Below are positions 12,064 to 25,479 of a stretch of 64,000 nt of DNA, piece by piece. Source of the stretch: Azolla caroliniana (taxonomy: Eukaryota; Plantae; Polypodiophyta); assembly GCA_043228905.1 (NCBI GenBank), contig JBHGNT010000117.1, positions 1 through 64,000 of the forward strand, written 5' to 3'. The notes beneath the pieces are model-generated. The model worked only from the letters and a program-made list of their open reading frames with translations. It searched no databases and had not been told where the DNA came from. The position numbers and the translations under genes are program-made. The first letter of the stretch is position 1. Each line of letters begins with the position of its first letter.

Positions 12064-15000
12064 ATGGGGGTTCCTAACGAGAGTGAGTTGTCAAGTAACT
12101 CATGCATATCTGAAAGGACTAAGAGACGAGTGGTTCTTCACATAGTTCATTATTTGGTAGAAATAACGAAGAGATTTAGTGAAGAGGATCGTAGGGATAT
12201 TATTTGTAGAGTGTTACACCATCAAAGTTTGAATGAAGACATGGAGAGAATAAAATTTAGGGACCAATGTGTTTCAGAAGAGATTGTGGAGTCTATGAAG
12301 TCATCCCTAGACTTAGTGAAAGGTGTAGAGAGCTTAGACAAACTTGCTACAAAGAGGGCAGCCCTACACATGGTTGTGAACGGTGCGAGAGAAAAAAAAT
12401 ATAGTGATACTAAAGTTGCCTTAGCCCTGGGTATTCAAAGAAGGAACTTGAGGAAACATCGCCGAAATATACACTCAAGCAAATTCAAGTGGCTGGGGTC
12501 GGGACGTAGACGACGATGTGATGCCTTATCTCAAGAGATTATTGAGAAAGTGGATTCATTTTGGGCCAAAAATACGCGTGTCTCACCAAATAAGAAGGAC
12601 GTGTGTAGACAACGAATAAGTCAGGGTAAGTACCAGATTCACCCTAGACACTTCTTGGAGATGACAGAGGTATTCCATTTTTTTATATCAATTCACATTC
12701 CATAACTTTGTGTTTTGACCAAGTGTATATTAATGTTTGCTATATATATTGGTTGATGTAGGCTGAATTGTACATGAACTTTAAAGACCAACATCCAAGC
12801 TTGACTGTCGGATTCCGCAAGTTCCAAGGTTTGAAACCATTTTATGTTAGAAAATTAAATGAGAGGAATACATGTTGTTGTGTGTACCATGTGAAGATGG
12901 ACATGTTAAGGCTAGCAGTGAATGCAATGCGTACTGATTCTAAGGGTATACATGGGGAATTATGTGTCTGCACTTGTGAGATTTGTAGACCAAATGGGGA
13001 GGATAATAGGTGTAATGCACGAAACAGGACTTATGCATCCGTTTCTGAGCTATGGAGGTCTTGTGTTTGTGAAAAAGAACCATCATGTGAGTGGCATCGT
13101 CGTACATGTCTATAAAGAACATGTAAGGTTCGTCCGCTACCATTATTTTGTAGGCAGGAGCTTGATATGGGAAATAGTCATATCGTGAAATGGAAATATT
13201 TGGAGTATGTGACTGAAAATATTGGCAAGGGAGTTGTAACTAAGCGTATCAAGGAAGTATATAAGGAGACATGTGCTGCTACCCTTGTCTCAGAATTTAA
13301 GAAACAACTTGGGGAGTTTATTCCACATAACTTCCGGAGTTATTGGCAAAATTCACAGTTCAAGGAATGTATTAATAACTTACCAACGGGTGTCATTGTA
13401 TCCGTTATTGATTTTGCAGAAAACTATACATTTAAAGTTCAAAATGAGGTTCAATCAATGCATTGGTACAATGATCAATGTACAATACTTGTACATATTT
13501 GCTATTGGAGGCAAGACGGTGAGTTACATAAGAAATCAATATTTTACATTTCAGATGATAAAAAGCATGATACACTATTTGTTCAACATTGTTTTAAGCT
13601 TCACCATGCAGATTTATTTTCTCTAGGGTTAACCTTTAACCGTCATTGGGTTTGGTCTGATGGTGCTGCCTCGCAGTTTAAGGCGGCACGATCGTTCTAC
13701 TTTATCGCCAGGTAATTTTTAATCCATATGTTTAATACTTATCATGCAATGTGTAAGGAAGTAAATCTTGTGTTAGTGGATGCATACTAATTATGTTTCT
13801 AACTATTAACAAACAGTACTAGTCACATCGATGCATACTAATTATGTTTCTAACTATTCGAATCTTGCACTTGTGAATGGATGCATGCATACTAATTTTG
13901 TTTGTATTATGTTGTACTAAGTAACTTTTAATCCATGTGAAGTGTTCTCCATAGACACATTGTACTATGTTGTGTTTACAGAAGGATGTAAAGTACTCAT
14001 CTTGTACTCATAGTATTGTCCGTCCTTAAGAGAATTGTACTAATGATCTTTTTATCCATGTGAAGTGTTCTCCATAGACACATTGTACTATGTTGTGTTT
14101 ACAAAAGGATGTAAAGTACTCATCTTGTACTTAGAGTATTGTCCGTCCTTAAGAGAATTGTACTAATTATGTTTTAATCCATGTGAAGGGTTCTCCATAT
14201 ACACATTGTACTATGTTGTGTGTTGGTTTTGTACTATGTTGGGTTTACAAAAGGATGTAAAGTACTCATCTTGTACTCATAGTATTGTCCATCCTTAAGA
14301 GAATTATACTAAGTATCGATTAATCCATGTGAAGGGTTCTCCATAGACACATTGTACTATGTTGTGTGTTGGTTTTGTACTATGTTGTGTTTACAAAAGG
14401 ATGTAAAGTACTCATCTTGTACTTATAGTATTGTCCGTCCTTAAGAGAATTGTACTAATTATGTTTTAATCCATGTGAAGGGTTCTCCATATACACATTG
14501 TACTATGTTGTGTGTTGTATCTGTACTATGTTGTGTTTACAAAAGGATGTAAAGTACTCATCTTGTACTTATAGTATTGTTCGTCCTTAAGAGAATTGTA
14601 CTAAGTATCGATTAATCCATGTGAAGGGTTCTCCATAGACACATTGTACTATGTTGTGTGTTGGTTTTGTACTATGTTGTGTTTACAAAAGGATGCAGCC
14701 CTACTCATCTTGTACTTATAGTATTGTCCGTCCTTAAGAGAATTGTATTAATTATGTTTTAATCCATGTGAAGGGTTCTCCATAGACACATTGTACTATG
14801 TTGTGTGTTGGTTCTGTACTATGTTGTGTTTACAAAAGGATGTAAAGTACTCATCTTGTACTTATAGTATTGTCCGTCCTTAAGAGAATTGTACTAATTA
14901 TGTTTTAATCCATGTGAAGGGTTCTCCATAGACACATTGTACTATGTTGTGTGTTGGTTTTGTACTATGTTGTGTTTACAAAAGGATGTAAAGTACTCAT

Positions 15001-16258
15001 CTTGTACTTATAGTATTGTCCGTCCTTAAGAGAATTGTACTAATTATGTTTTAATCCATGTGAAGGGTTCTCCATAGACACATTGTACTATGTTGTGTTT
15101 ACAAAAGGATGTAAAGTACTCATCTTGTACTTATAGTATTGTCCTTCCTTAAGAGAATTGTACTAATTATGTTTTAATCCATGTGAAGGGTTCTCCATAG
15201 ACACATTGTACTATGTTGTGTGTTGTATCTGTACTATGTTGTGTTTACAGGAGGATATAAAGTACTCATCTTGTACTCATAGTATTGTCCGTCCTTAAGA
15301 GAATTGTACTAAATCAGTATTTACTCATGTTGTACTCATAGTATTGTACTCATCTTGTACTCACCAAAGCAGGTATTTCTCCTTATTCAATATTCGTATG
15401 CAATGGAATTACTTCGGGTCTGGACATGGAAAAGGAGAGCATGATGGCGCGGGGGCTGTGATCAAACGTGCCCTTACAAGTGAGCAGTTGGATAGTAATG
15501 GCGCTAAGTTACAAAATGCACATGATGTTGTGCAGTGGCTAACATGGAAGATGTCAAATGATGGTAAGAACAGATTGTTTGTTGAAGTTCGCGTTGATGA
15601 GGTCGATAGAACTAAATCATATGGTTGTAAAACCGTGAAAGGCACATGCAGCACCCATTGTGTGTTAGGGTTTAGCCGCAAGGACACAACCCAATTGTTA
15701 CTCCGTAGTTTATCATGCTTTTGTTCCATGTGTCTAGATGAAGCTTGGGATAAATGCATCAACCTATCAATCGTGGAGCCCTGGAAGCTGCAGAAGCTTG
15801 AGCCTGAACGACAAGATGATATTGAAGAGGATGTGCATTCAAACGATATTGTATACTACAACCAAAATCAAGACTTGGCAGTTTTATTGGAAGTTGGAGA
15901 TCATTTTGCAGTGCTCAAATATTCTCAGAATGAAGATTTAGAAGACTACTACATTGTGGTGTGCAAGCAAGGAAAGACATTATTGAAAGAAGTGGTGAGG
16001 GATGGTTGGGGCAACAATTTCAACGTTGGTGAGTCTGTCGTGTATGGAAACTATTATGCAAAGTTGCCGCAGTGCAAGAACACATATGCATTACTAAAAG
16101 AAGCACCCATCGCAATAATCTACGCTGATGCCATTCTTGCGATCAAATTCAATATGACTCAAGCAAAGCACAAGGTTAAGGGATACAACACTGTCTACAA
16201 GGTCCCCCAAGAGGTTCATGAGCACATATTAGGGGAGGTCTCTCTATTTAATGCTTGA
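12064..16258 (+). pseudogene. Sola2-like DDE transposase A (exons 12064-12669, 12762-13711, 15373-16258), one in-frame TAA
   Basis: DFAENY..QSMHW, WSDGAASQFK, GHGKGEHDGAG, CCCVYH and SCFC motifs. GT-AG introns keep the frame. TAA at 13113-13115. Family call is from recalled motifs. Confidence 0.8.
13931..15320. repeat. Intronic tandem array, about 10 units of 123 or 146 bp, GTACT-rich
   Basis: ATCCATGTGAAG recurs at about 13931, 14054, 14177, 14323, 14469, 14615, 14762, 14908, 15054 and 15177. Confidence 0.92.
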
Positions 16259-16403
16259 AAGTCACCCTATCAATACATTGTACTAGAAAACTGAAAAACA
16301 TCCACTTGGAGTTCACTATTAATTTTGATGATTGACAAATGAATTGATATATTTCGTCTTTCTTCCAAAGGGTTTATGCCTCTCAACCACTTGTACTTAT
16401 CTT

Positions 16404-19205
16404 TCATAATATATTAGTTGTTGTCAACAGGACTTGGATTTCTTCATTGCCGATATTGCTCATGTTTCCTGATATTATTTGAGCATAGGAGTTTTGCAGA
16501 GTTGGTGTGTCCTCTGTTGGCACATAAATCTGCTCTTCTTTTGCTACCAAGAGAAGATTGTTAGTTGAATTCATTAAAGACTTTAATATTGTAAGATTTT
16601 CTACTGTAAGTTCATTTTTCAAAGGGGGCGATGAATTCTGTGAAGACAACAATGAAAATTATTCTCTCAGAATCCTTTTTTGTTTCATGATATGTCCTGT
16701 GAAGCCATCTGAGTTTTTACTTCTTGTATATAAGTCCTGAATATCCAGGCTATAGATTTTAAAGTATAGACCTTCCTTTCCTTAACAAAATAATCCAACT
16801 TCTGAAACAATAATTTGTGATAGCTCAAAAAGGTAAGTGTTTCCTTACTACTGTTAGTGGATGATTCATCCTTTGGGATGATATCATCAAAATATGGCCC
16901 ACATTGCTTCAACAATTTGCACACATTCTGGTTACCGTCCAAATGGGATTGATGAAATAGTCTATACTTCAGTATATCTTCAATAACACCCGATACCCGA
17001 TATTTTCTGTTTCTCATCATCAACACCTAAAAACCTAAATTTTCCTAGCAAGCTAAGAAGACTTTCAAGCATTTTATCTACAATAGACTGAAAGACTTTG
17101 CGAGGATTAGGAGATGATCTCAAAAAAGAAACAAAACATTGTAAAATAAGAATACTTAGATCAAAAAGTATATTCCCATTGTTTTTGATATATGTTGATG
17201 AGCAAAATATAGAAGCAATCCTTAAACATGAACTTGATTTCACACTGGTATAACTATTTCAGATTCATGAACTGGATTTTTTACATTGGCAATTGAAACA
17301 GTATTTTGGTATCCAAATAGCTCAATTTCAGACATCACTAACAACTAAAGTTCAAGTACAATCGAAAGACAATCAGGCACTAGAGGGTAACTTGGCCGAT
17401 CTTGTAATGCGCTTGTTGTTGGTGCCAGATTTTTCTAATTTTACATTCTTCTTTATCTTAAAGCCTTTAGGTATGAGCTGACTAAGTGGCACTTCATCAT
17501 CAGAGGCATCAGAGACAGGCGTGGATGCGCGGGCACCTTGTACTAGTGGCAAGCTTGAGAGAGCAACTATGTTTTCTGCAACTGCAATGCTTGTACACAA
17601 ATCCACAAAGGTGCTGTCGATAGACAAATTATCACTCATCTCCTGAATGCTTGTACTCCTAGCGATCTTTATTGCCCTATCATCATCACCGATGCCTATA
17701 CACTCGTTCTTATTAGACTCCTGTATGTGGACCGTGGTAGTAGTCATGGTCAACTCCTCTTGTACGATGGATGTCACCTCATTCTTAAGACAACGTTGTT
17801 CGCTCTGAGTACAATCAAGCCCACCTTCATTAGTAACGTTGTTCGCTCTACACTCCTCATGGGATTCTGTACAATCAGGCTTATCTTCAGGGAAAGCGAT
17901 GTTCTTTCCACGATCCTCATGGGCTTCACAAGACACTACTAGCACATTCTCAGTACAATCAAGCTCCTCTTCATTACTAGCAATGTTCTTTCCATGATCC
18001 TCATGGGAATCTTTAGATAGTACTAGCACATTATCAGTACAATCAGTCTTCTCTTCAGCACTTGCCACATTATCAGTACAATCAGTCTTCTCTTCAGTAC
18101 TTGCCATATTCTTTCCACACTCTTCATGGGCTTCAATCTTCTCTTCAGTACTTGCCATATTCTTTCCACACTCATAGGCTTCTTTAGACATAGTGTTGTT
18201 TGTACATGCCAGCTGCTCTTCACATATGAATGCTTCGTTTTTCTCACAATCCTCATGTGTGGAAGATGTGCTTCCAGAGTCTGCCTCCTTGCAAAGGTTA
18301 ATTTGATTCTGACTCTGATGGGAATCTGATTCTGCACTTGTGCTCCATGAAGTTCCCGATTCATTTGATTGCAGTTGGGAATCAGACTGCTCTTGTAAAC
18401 CTAATTAATGGGATTCCAAAGAATATTGGTATGAACTCACATACTCAAAAGTTTGCAAACAATGAACATAGGGTTTAGGGCCACATTTTTACCTAATGTT
18501 ACATCGTCATACTGTACAGCCGTAGATACCCCATTGCAAGTGGTGGGCTCGGTCATCTTCTCCACAACATCTAGGTGCTCAACAGTGTTGTTATGATCTA
18601 TAATAACAACAAAAATAGAGTTGTTATGAGCTAAATCATTGTTTTCAAAGTCTGGCTTTTGACGTGTACCTGGGAGTGTGATAAATTCGTCTTCATGATC
18701 AGGTTTTGGACTCGTATCTCCGTCACCAAATATCATTTCATCATCAGCTAGTAACACAAGTACATGGTATTAGACAATGGATTAGGTTGACAATGCTCCA
18801 GACAGGTGAGAACTTATATGACTCACCATTGCATTCAACTTTGCCTTTCTTGCCGTTTCCATACAACATTCTTGCAGCATTTCTCTTCTTACTGGGCTCT
18901 ATTTGTAAAGAAACTGCATTTCTCTTCTTAGTGGGCTCTATTTCTTGATGTTGACCGGAGCTTGGGGAATTTGTTTGTAGAAGCATATGTTCCACTGCTC
19001 CAATGGCCCTTCTCATACATTCATCCTCATCATAAAAATCATAGGTTATTGGTAATGATGGTCCTTGAACCTTGGAATGTGCAGCAGATATTGAGGGTTT
19101 AGGCACAGGGGCTGGTTGTTCCATTACCTTCCCTGGCGTGGAGTTGCTTGACACTACAACATTCATTGCAAGAAACAAAAAAACCTTGAATGTTAGTACC
19201 ATCAT
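16404..19205 (-). pseudogene. Accessory gene of transposon A, acidic repeat protein of unknown function (fragmented, probably multi-exon)
   Basis: Chain of minus-strand ORFs with EECGKNMASTEEK-type repeats and basic KKR motifs; exon boundaries uncertain. Confidence 0.5.
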
Positions 19206-19249
19206 CTAAAATATATAATGTAGGTCACAAGAGCTGCTTCCCATTTTAC

Positions 19250-19740
19250 ACAATGTACCAGTCATGAACAATGTACTACTCACATAGTTCCTAAATTACT
19301 GAACTAGTACTAACAAGGAACACTGTACTGCTCACTTAGTTCCCAATTTACACGATTAGTACTAATCATGCACAATATACACAAGTAGTACTAATCATGC
19401 ACAATATACTACTCACTTAGTTACCAAATTACACAAGTACTAATCCCGAAAAATGTACCACTGACTTAGTCAAATTAATAAGTAGTACTAATCTTGAACA
19501 ATGTACTACTCACTTATTTCCTAAATCACTGAACTAGTACTAATCCCGAACAATGTACTGCTCACTTAGTTCCCAATTTACACAAGTAGTACTAATCATG
19601 CACAATATACTACTCACTTAGTTACCAAATTACACAAGGAGTACTAATCCCGAACAACGTAATGCTCACTTAGTTCCCAATTTACACAAGTAGTACTAAT
19701 CATGCACAATATACTACTCACTTAGTTAGCAAATTACACA
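19250..19740. repeat. Degenerate AGTACT-rich tandem repeats (about 59 bp)
   Basis: CTCACTTAGTT..AATTACAC..AGTAGTACTAATC recurs. Confidence 0.85.
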
Positions 19741-22700
19741 CTCTGTTGACCAGTTGCAGGTCTTGAATGAAGCGCAACGTCCCGTTCTTCTTTGGTACGG
19801 TAAACCACCGGTTCGAGTACGGGGCACTCGACGGTTCGAGGATGCCCATATCGACTTTCTGCCTCAACAGCTCCATCAGCTTTGGGATGTGAGCTCTCGG
19901 TACCGGGATTGGTTTGAGATTCCACGACACATGCGGTACCGTGAATAGCACCATCAGCTTCACGACTGTCGGGTCTACGTAGCCGATCTCTTCCGGTGAG
20001 AATGCGAAGGCTTTCCCGTGCCTTCCGAGCATTCTCCGAAACCGGTCTTCTTCCGCCGGCAGTAGGAACCCGCCCCCACCGATTTTGAGCTCCCATAGCG
20101 TTCTGTCGGTGAAGGTGTGTCCTATGCAGGCCGGATCTCGTAAACTGGGGTCCGACGCGACCCCCTTGATTCGCAACTCGCTGCCCTCCGGTAAGGGTGT
20201 CGCGACTGGCCTTACCTTCCGTTCCACAGTCTTGTACTTCGTGTTAACCCGGGCCGTTCGATCCGACTCGAGCCCTCGACTGAAGTCCGCGATGACTTCG
20301 TACATCTCTTCTGAACAAACCGGTATCGTCCGGTCCTCTTTAAGGCCCTCTCCGAGCACCTCTCGTAGTATTCCCAAGGTATTGTCGAAGGAGACCGCCT
20401 CTACAGCTCCGTTGATTTCCTTGTTGGGCCCGAGAACTCCGCACGCCCGAAGTCACTCTTCCGCCCTTGTCTTTTCTTGGCCAACGACGCCAATTATCGT
20501 ACACCCTCCGTTGTCGGAGAAACAAAACTTCCTACTTATGGTACCAGGTTTCTTCGGTTTCGCCTCTATCGTACATTTGTGGGGTTTTCCCGGAGTGTCC
20601 GGACTATCGCGGCCCCACGCCTTGACAGCCCTCTCTAAAAATCCTCTCGGTTCTCGCCACCGAGGGACTCGCGGTTTCGCTCGTGGTTCAGTCGCACCGT
20701 CAGGAACTGGACCGAATGACGCCCGTCCTGACTCTTGACCCTTGCATAAGCTGACCCTTTGTCTAGCACCTTGGTCTCCATCCGTGCTGCTGTAATGTAC
20801 GGTTCTCCCAGTATGACCGGGTGCGAGGATGTCTCCTGCACAAAGAAGTGCTGGTCTATCTCGACGTCGCTGATCTTGACTCGCACATTTGGGCAGGCCC
20901 CGTGTAGTTCCTCGGTGGTGCGCATCGCCGCCCGTATCTTCCACCCGTGCTTGGTGTTGATCGGCCATTTCCCCTTCTTGTAGAAGTCCATGGACATCAG
21001 GTTTATTTCTGAACCATGGTCCACCAGCGCCACCACCGGTTCCTGAACATCTCCGATCTTCACCGGGGTTTCCTGGTCGCTCGGGCCCAGTGTGACCTCG
21101 AATAGTGGCTCTCCGCCCACTCATCTTCCAGCGCCATGTCCTCTATGTGCGTCGTCCGCACCTCCACCGGCCTTTCCGGTTCTATCTCCGTCGACAGCCT
21201 CTTCCTCTTCACCAAGTCTACGATGGAGTCATGGAACTCCTTCTTGGCTATTCCGAGCACCTCATGCAACGACAGTTCCACCTTGCTGTCGAGGATTCGT
21301 TCTTCCAGGACCTTTTGTAGGTCCGTGGTCCTTTCGATCTCCGTGCCCAACCAGTATCCGCCCTTCTTGTGGTTATCCCGGGCACTGGTCTCACCGGCCT
21401 CGTTCTGTTTCGGCCCGAATCGGGTTTCGTATCTCTGTGAGGGTCCGGCCCCTCCGCTTTTACCTACCCTTTTGTCTTCAACCAGAGCCTCGTAATTCTG
21501 GCAAGCTGCTTCGACGAAACCCGTCTTTTCTTTGACCGGGTCACTCCACCCGGTTACCTCCTGGACCCGCTTCTCCGCGCCGTCCGCCTCGTCTTTCCTT
21601 AGTCGGGCACCGGCAAGGCCTTCCAGCATCGTCGGCCAGAACCCGGCTTTGCTCTCCTTCCGGGCCTCGTTGCCTCCGACCCGAATACCGGTTGACGCCG
21701 AGTAGTGGACGGTCTCCGCGTGTCGGGCCGCCGCCTCTTCCATCAGCCTTTACATTCCTCCTCGCCCATCGTTTCGGTTCAGGGCCCTCCGGGTATCGCT
21801 GGCATGCACCCGACCTTCCCACAGGTACACTACCCAGCTTCTCAAGGCCTCCGCAAAGTCCCCGCAATCTTTCCGGATGTGGCCGACCTCGTCGCACCAC
21901 ATGCACCTATTTCCTGCCGGAGGCCGTCGGTCACGAGCCTGTTCGCCGCATTCCCTCCGAGCCTGGGCGATCTGGAGATCCTTTACCGCCCGTGTCAACT
22001 CCTCCGGACGAGTTGTTCCCCCGGACGAGCCTCTGACCACGCCGGTCGAAGCCGAACCGGTTTCGAGCCACTCCCAGGTCTCTTCCCTTCGTGCCTGTGG
22101 TATCGGTTCGAGCTTCCTTGCTGCGACAGGACCCGCCTTGGTCGCCCCTGTATCAACCCACTCCCACCGTTTGTCAAAATGGCCGCAAACTCTTTTTACC
22201 GCGGCCCAGTCGGCCGTCAGCCCGTCTTCGGTTTCCAGTAAGGAGCCCACTTGCTCCCAATCCCGTGCGTCAACCGATTTGACAAACAGTAGGACACGAC
22301 TTGTGTCTAGAACGGTCCGATCGAGCGCCGAAAGGCCCGCAAAGCGTTCCTCAAACTCTTGGAGGAGTACCGACGCATTTCTTCCTTTGTTGGGGGACTC
22401 CACCCACTCCATGAAGCCCCGCTTCGAAAGCTGAAGCGCGTCATCCAGCCCGTATTTCTCCAGGAGCTGTACTTCGAACTCTTCCCAGGTTCGGCTCTCC
22501 GCCCGGACCTCGAGCACCTCCGCATGGATGCCCGGCATCACCACTCGAGGGAATCCGGCAAGACACCTCTCTTCGGGAATATCCCTCATCAACATCTCCG
22601 CCCGGTAGGACGCCAAATAACTCGTGGCATCCTTTCCACTGAACCGGCCGATCGTACCGACGATCACCTCAATAGCCCTGTCAAGGGCGTCGGTGCCCTC

Positions 22701-23030
22701 GCGCGCGCTCACTATCCGGTCCACGACCGAAGCCATGGCCTCTGCAAGATCCGACCCGCTCATCTTCTGCTCCTCTACCGCCTTATTCACATCGGGTTCA
22801 CCAAAGATGTCGCGTTACTACGCGCGTGCGTGGAGAAACGAGGCGGGACCACCGGGGTCTTGAACCAAAGAGCAGGTGATAGAAGGGGAAAGAGAAAGAG
22901 AGAGACGCTTGGTTACGTATGAGCAAAGAAACACAGGGACACGGCCCTGTCAACACAGAAGACACGGCCCTGTCAACACAGAAGACACGAATGGACACAG
23001 AGACAGAGAGGGGTAAAAACATGCGAGTGG
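19741..23030 (-). mobile_element. Truncated Ty3/Gypsy element with tRNA-Trp PBS (partial 5' LTR, gag, protease, RT N-terminus)
   Basis: ATTCACATCGGGTTCACCA at 22785-22803; LTR end at 22808; CMWCDEVGHIRKDC; LVDHGSEINLM; GILEPSSAPYSNRWFTVPKK..RFIQDL. Confidence 0.88.
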
Positions 23031-23564
23031 AAACACTATTATAGCTAATTAGCTACTAAAATGGCCATAGCTAATTAGCTATTTGTTTAGCTAGTCTTTT
23101 TTGTGGGAAAATCAAATATTTGAAAAACTAATTTATGAAAAAAGTCAAATATTTGAACTTTTGTTTCAGACATAGTGGAACTTGGGGAATTGCACCATCA
23201 TCTAAGGTCGACTTCAATGTCATCAATTTCCTGTTTAGCCTAAGTCTGATTTTGAACGCGGATGGAGTACTCAGAGCACGAACGCAGACGTAGCTCCCAC
23301 AACAGCAGAAAATTGACATTGTAGATTGAGAGCTACAACACAGAACCCGCTCGATCATCGTCCAGGTATGTTTCAGTTACAGAAACCCCAAACATTTGTT
23401 TTTTCTTTTTTACTACTGTCTGAACTTTGGTGCTGATTCATATTTCCCCAAAATCGAATAGGGCGAAGTCCTTGGAGTCCCATACAAGGATGTCTCGCAA
23501 ATCGGGGAGTAGCAACAGGTGTGTTTATATTACTTTTTTTGTGTTTAATCCTGTCTTTAGTGAT

Positions 23565-24035
23565 GATTGGGGTTTTTGATTGAAATTTCTGATTAGGGTT
23601 TTTGTTTATAAATTTCTGATTAGAATTTCTTATTAGGGTTTGTGATTGAAAGTTCTGATTAGGGTTTCTGATTGAAATTTCTGATTAGGGTTTTTGATTC
23701 TAAATTTCTGATTAGAATTTATGAATAGGGTTTCTGGTTACAAATTTTGATTATAGATTAGAATTTCTGAATAGGGTTTTTGTTTCTAAATTTCTATTTA
23801 GGATTTCTGATTAGGGTTTGTGATTGAAATTTTTTATTAGGGTTTCTAATTGAAATTTCTGATTAGGGTTTTTGATTATAAATTTCTGATTAGAAATTCT
23901 GAATAAGGTTTTTGGTTACAAACTTCTGATTACAGATTTTGATTAGGGTTTCTGATTTCAAACTTCTGATTACAGATTTTGATTAGGGTTTCTGATTTCA
24001 AATTTCTGAATACAAATTATGATTAGGGTTTCTGA
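23565..24035. repeat. Intronic telo-box (TTAGGGTTT) array
   Basis: Ten exact TTAGGGTTT plus variants, alternating with AAATTTCTGA, in intron 23519-24143. Confidence 0.85.
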
Positions 24036-25479
24036 TTTGCTAAGTTAAAGATTTTGCACCATTTTTGTTGTTGTTGATTGGGGTTTCTGATTCTCATATA
24101 TTCTGATTTTGCACTATTTCTGATTTCTGAAATGATATTTCAGATGGCTCGTTCCTCCGTATACGAGAGTGCTAAACTTCGCAAAATTTTGCGAGACAAA
24201 GGAGGACTTCCACAACACCTATGGTCTGTCACTCGAGGGTGTTGACCCTGATGTCCTAAGTGATAAATTGATCAGTGATGTAGACTGGATGATAGTATAT
24301 ACAGTGCCTAGAGTCAAAGGCAAGGTCAAGCTGAAGCATGTACGAGCCGACTTGTACGATGACTGCATGAGACTGCACCAAAAAGCTCATCAGGAGATCC
24401 CAGTCAACAATGAGTTGTTAGTTTCATTTGCTAGAGCATTTGCATATGAGTACTGCAAAACAGCGAAGGAATCCAGAGACCCTGAAATGTATAGGGTAGC
24501 TTGGGCAGTCTATGGTGAGGCATCGGTAAAAAGATGCCGAAAGATGGGGACCTTGGCACAAAAAATAGACAGATTTTGGAGCATGGCAGCTGTTGATGCA
24601 ACTGTCGACTCCCAGCAAGACCGGGGGCATACACCACATCGACACCCAAGGAAAGCCAATGTCGATGATACAGGTGAGACATTGGTTAGCTATATGCTAA
24701 AAAATGTCCATGAAGCCTGTGAGACATTGGCATTTTTTAAGACTGATTTAGAGAAAGCGACAATGGCTTCTGCAATGGAGAGCAAAGTTACTTCCGTTGT
24801 TACAACAATTAGAAATAAGATTCAGGTAACTATTGTTTTGCTGGTATGTGATTGTGTTATAAATAACGGGTAAAATGTGCTAATCAAGCATTATCTGGAA
24901 TAGGTTGCGCAACAGGAGCTTGAATTAGAGGGGCCACTGGATCCCTAGCGTAAAATAGAACTGCAAATAGAGATCCAGGTTCTTTCAATGAACCTGGACC
25001 TTCTAGGTGTAAATACTGTTGCAGGTTACAATTTAGATAAGCTTCAAGTAAGTTAACAATTCCTGAGCAAAGTTGGTGTATCTTTCAACAACAAGAATAA
25101 TTAATCGGTAAATTTCTCTATTGCGTTGAAGGAACAATACATTCATCAAGAACAGGTAGTTAGCTGCCTTAAGAAGCAGCTACATTTTGTGGAGGGAATG
25201 GTAAGGACCAGACAGGATTTGGACCTGAACATTCTTGCTCCCTTACCAAATGAAGTAGAACCAGAAAATGATTTATTGACAGTTCAAGCATGTTGCATCG
25301 CTTGCGGGTTAGGTGTGGAGGACAAAACTGCGTCTTTGTTGGTTCACCTACAACCATGCAACCACACATACCATCTGCTTTGTTTTCAACATGCCTGTCG
25401 AATTGCTGCATTCTGTTTGGGAGATTGTAGTACAGCTCTACCAAATGAGTGGAGAAAACTAACAGGTATACCATACTGT

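Larger units (their letters stand above)
10668..19740 (+). mobile_element. DNA transposon A (Sola2-like DDE transposase plus convergent accessory gene), right end lost
   Basis: Starts GGGTCG just upstream of the albumin ATG; transposase and ORF2; GTAC-rich repeats; cut by a Gypsy fragment at about 19740. No TIR or TSD recoverable. Confidence 0.7.

Noticed and set aside
23565-24035. True or interstitial telomere
   Set aside because: Motifs are separated by other units and lie within a GT-AG intron; they are not contiguous (TTTAGGG)n.
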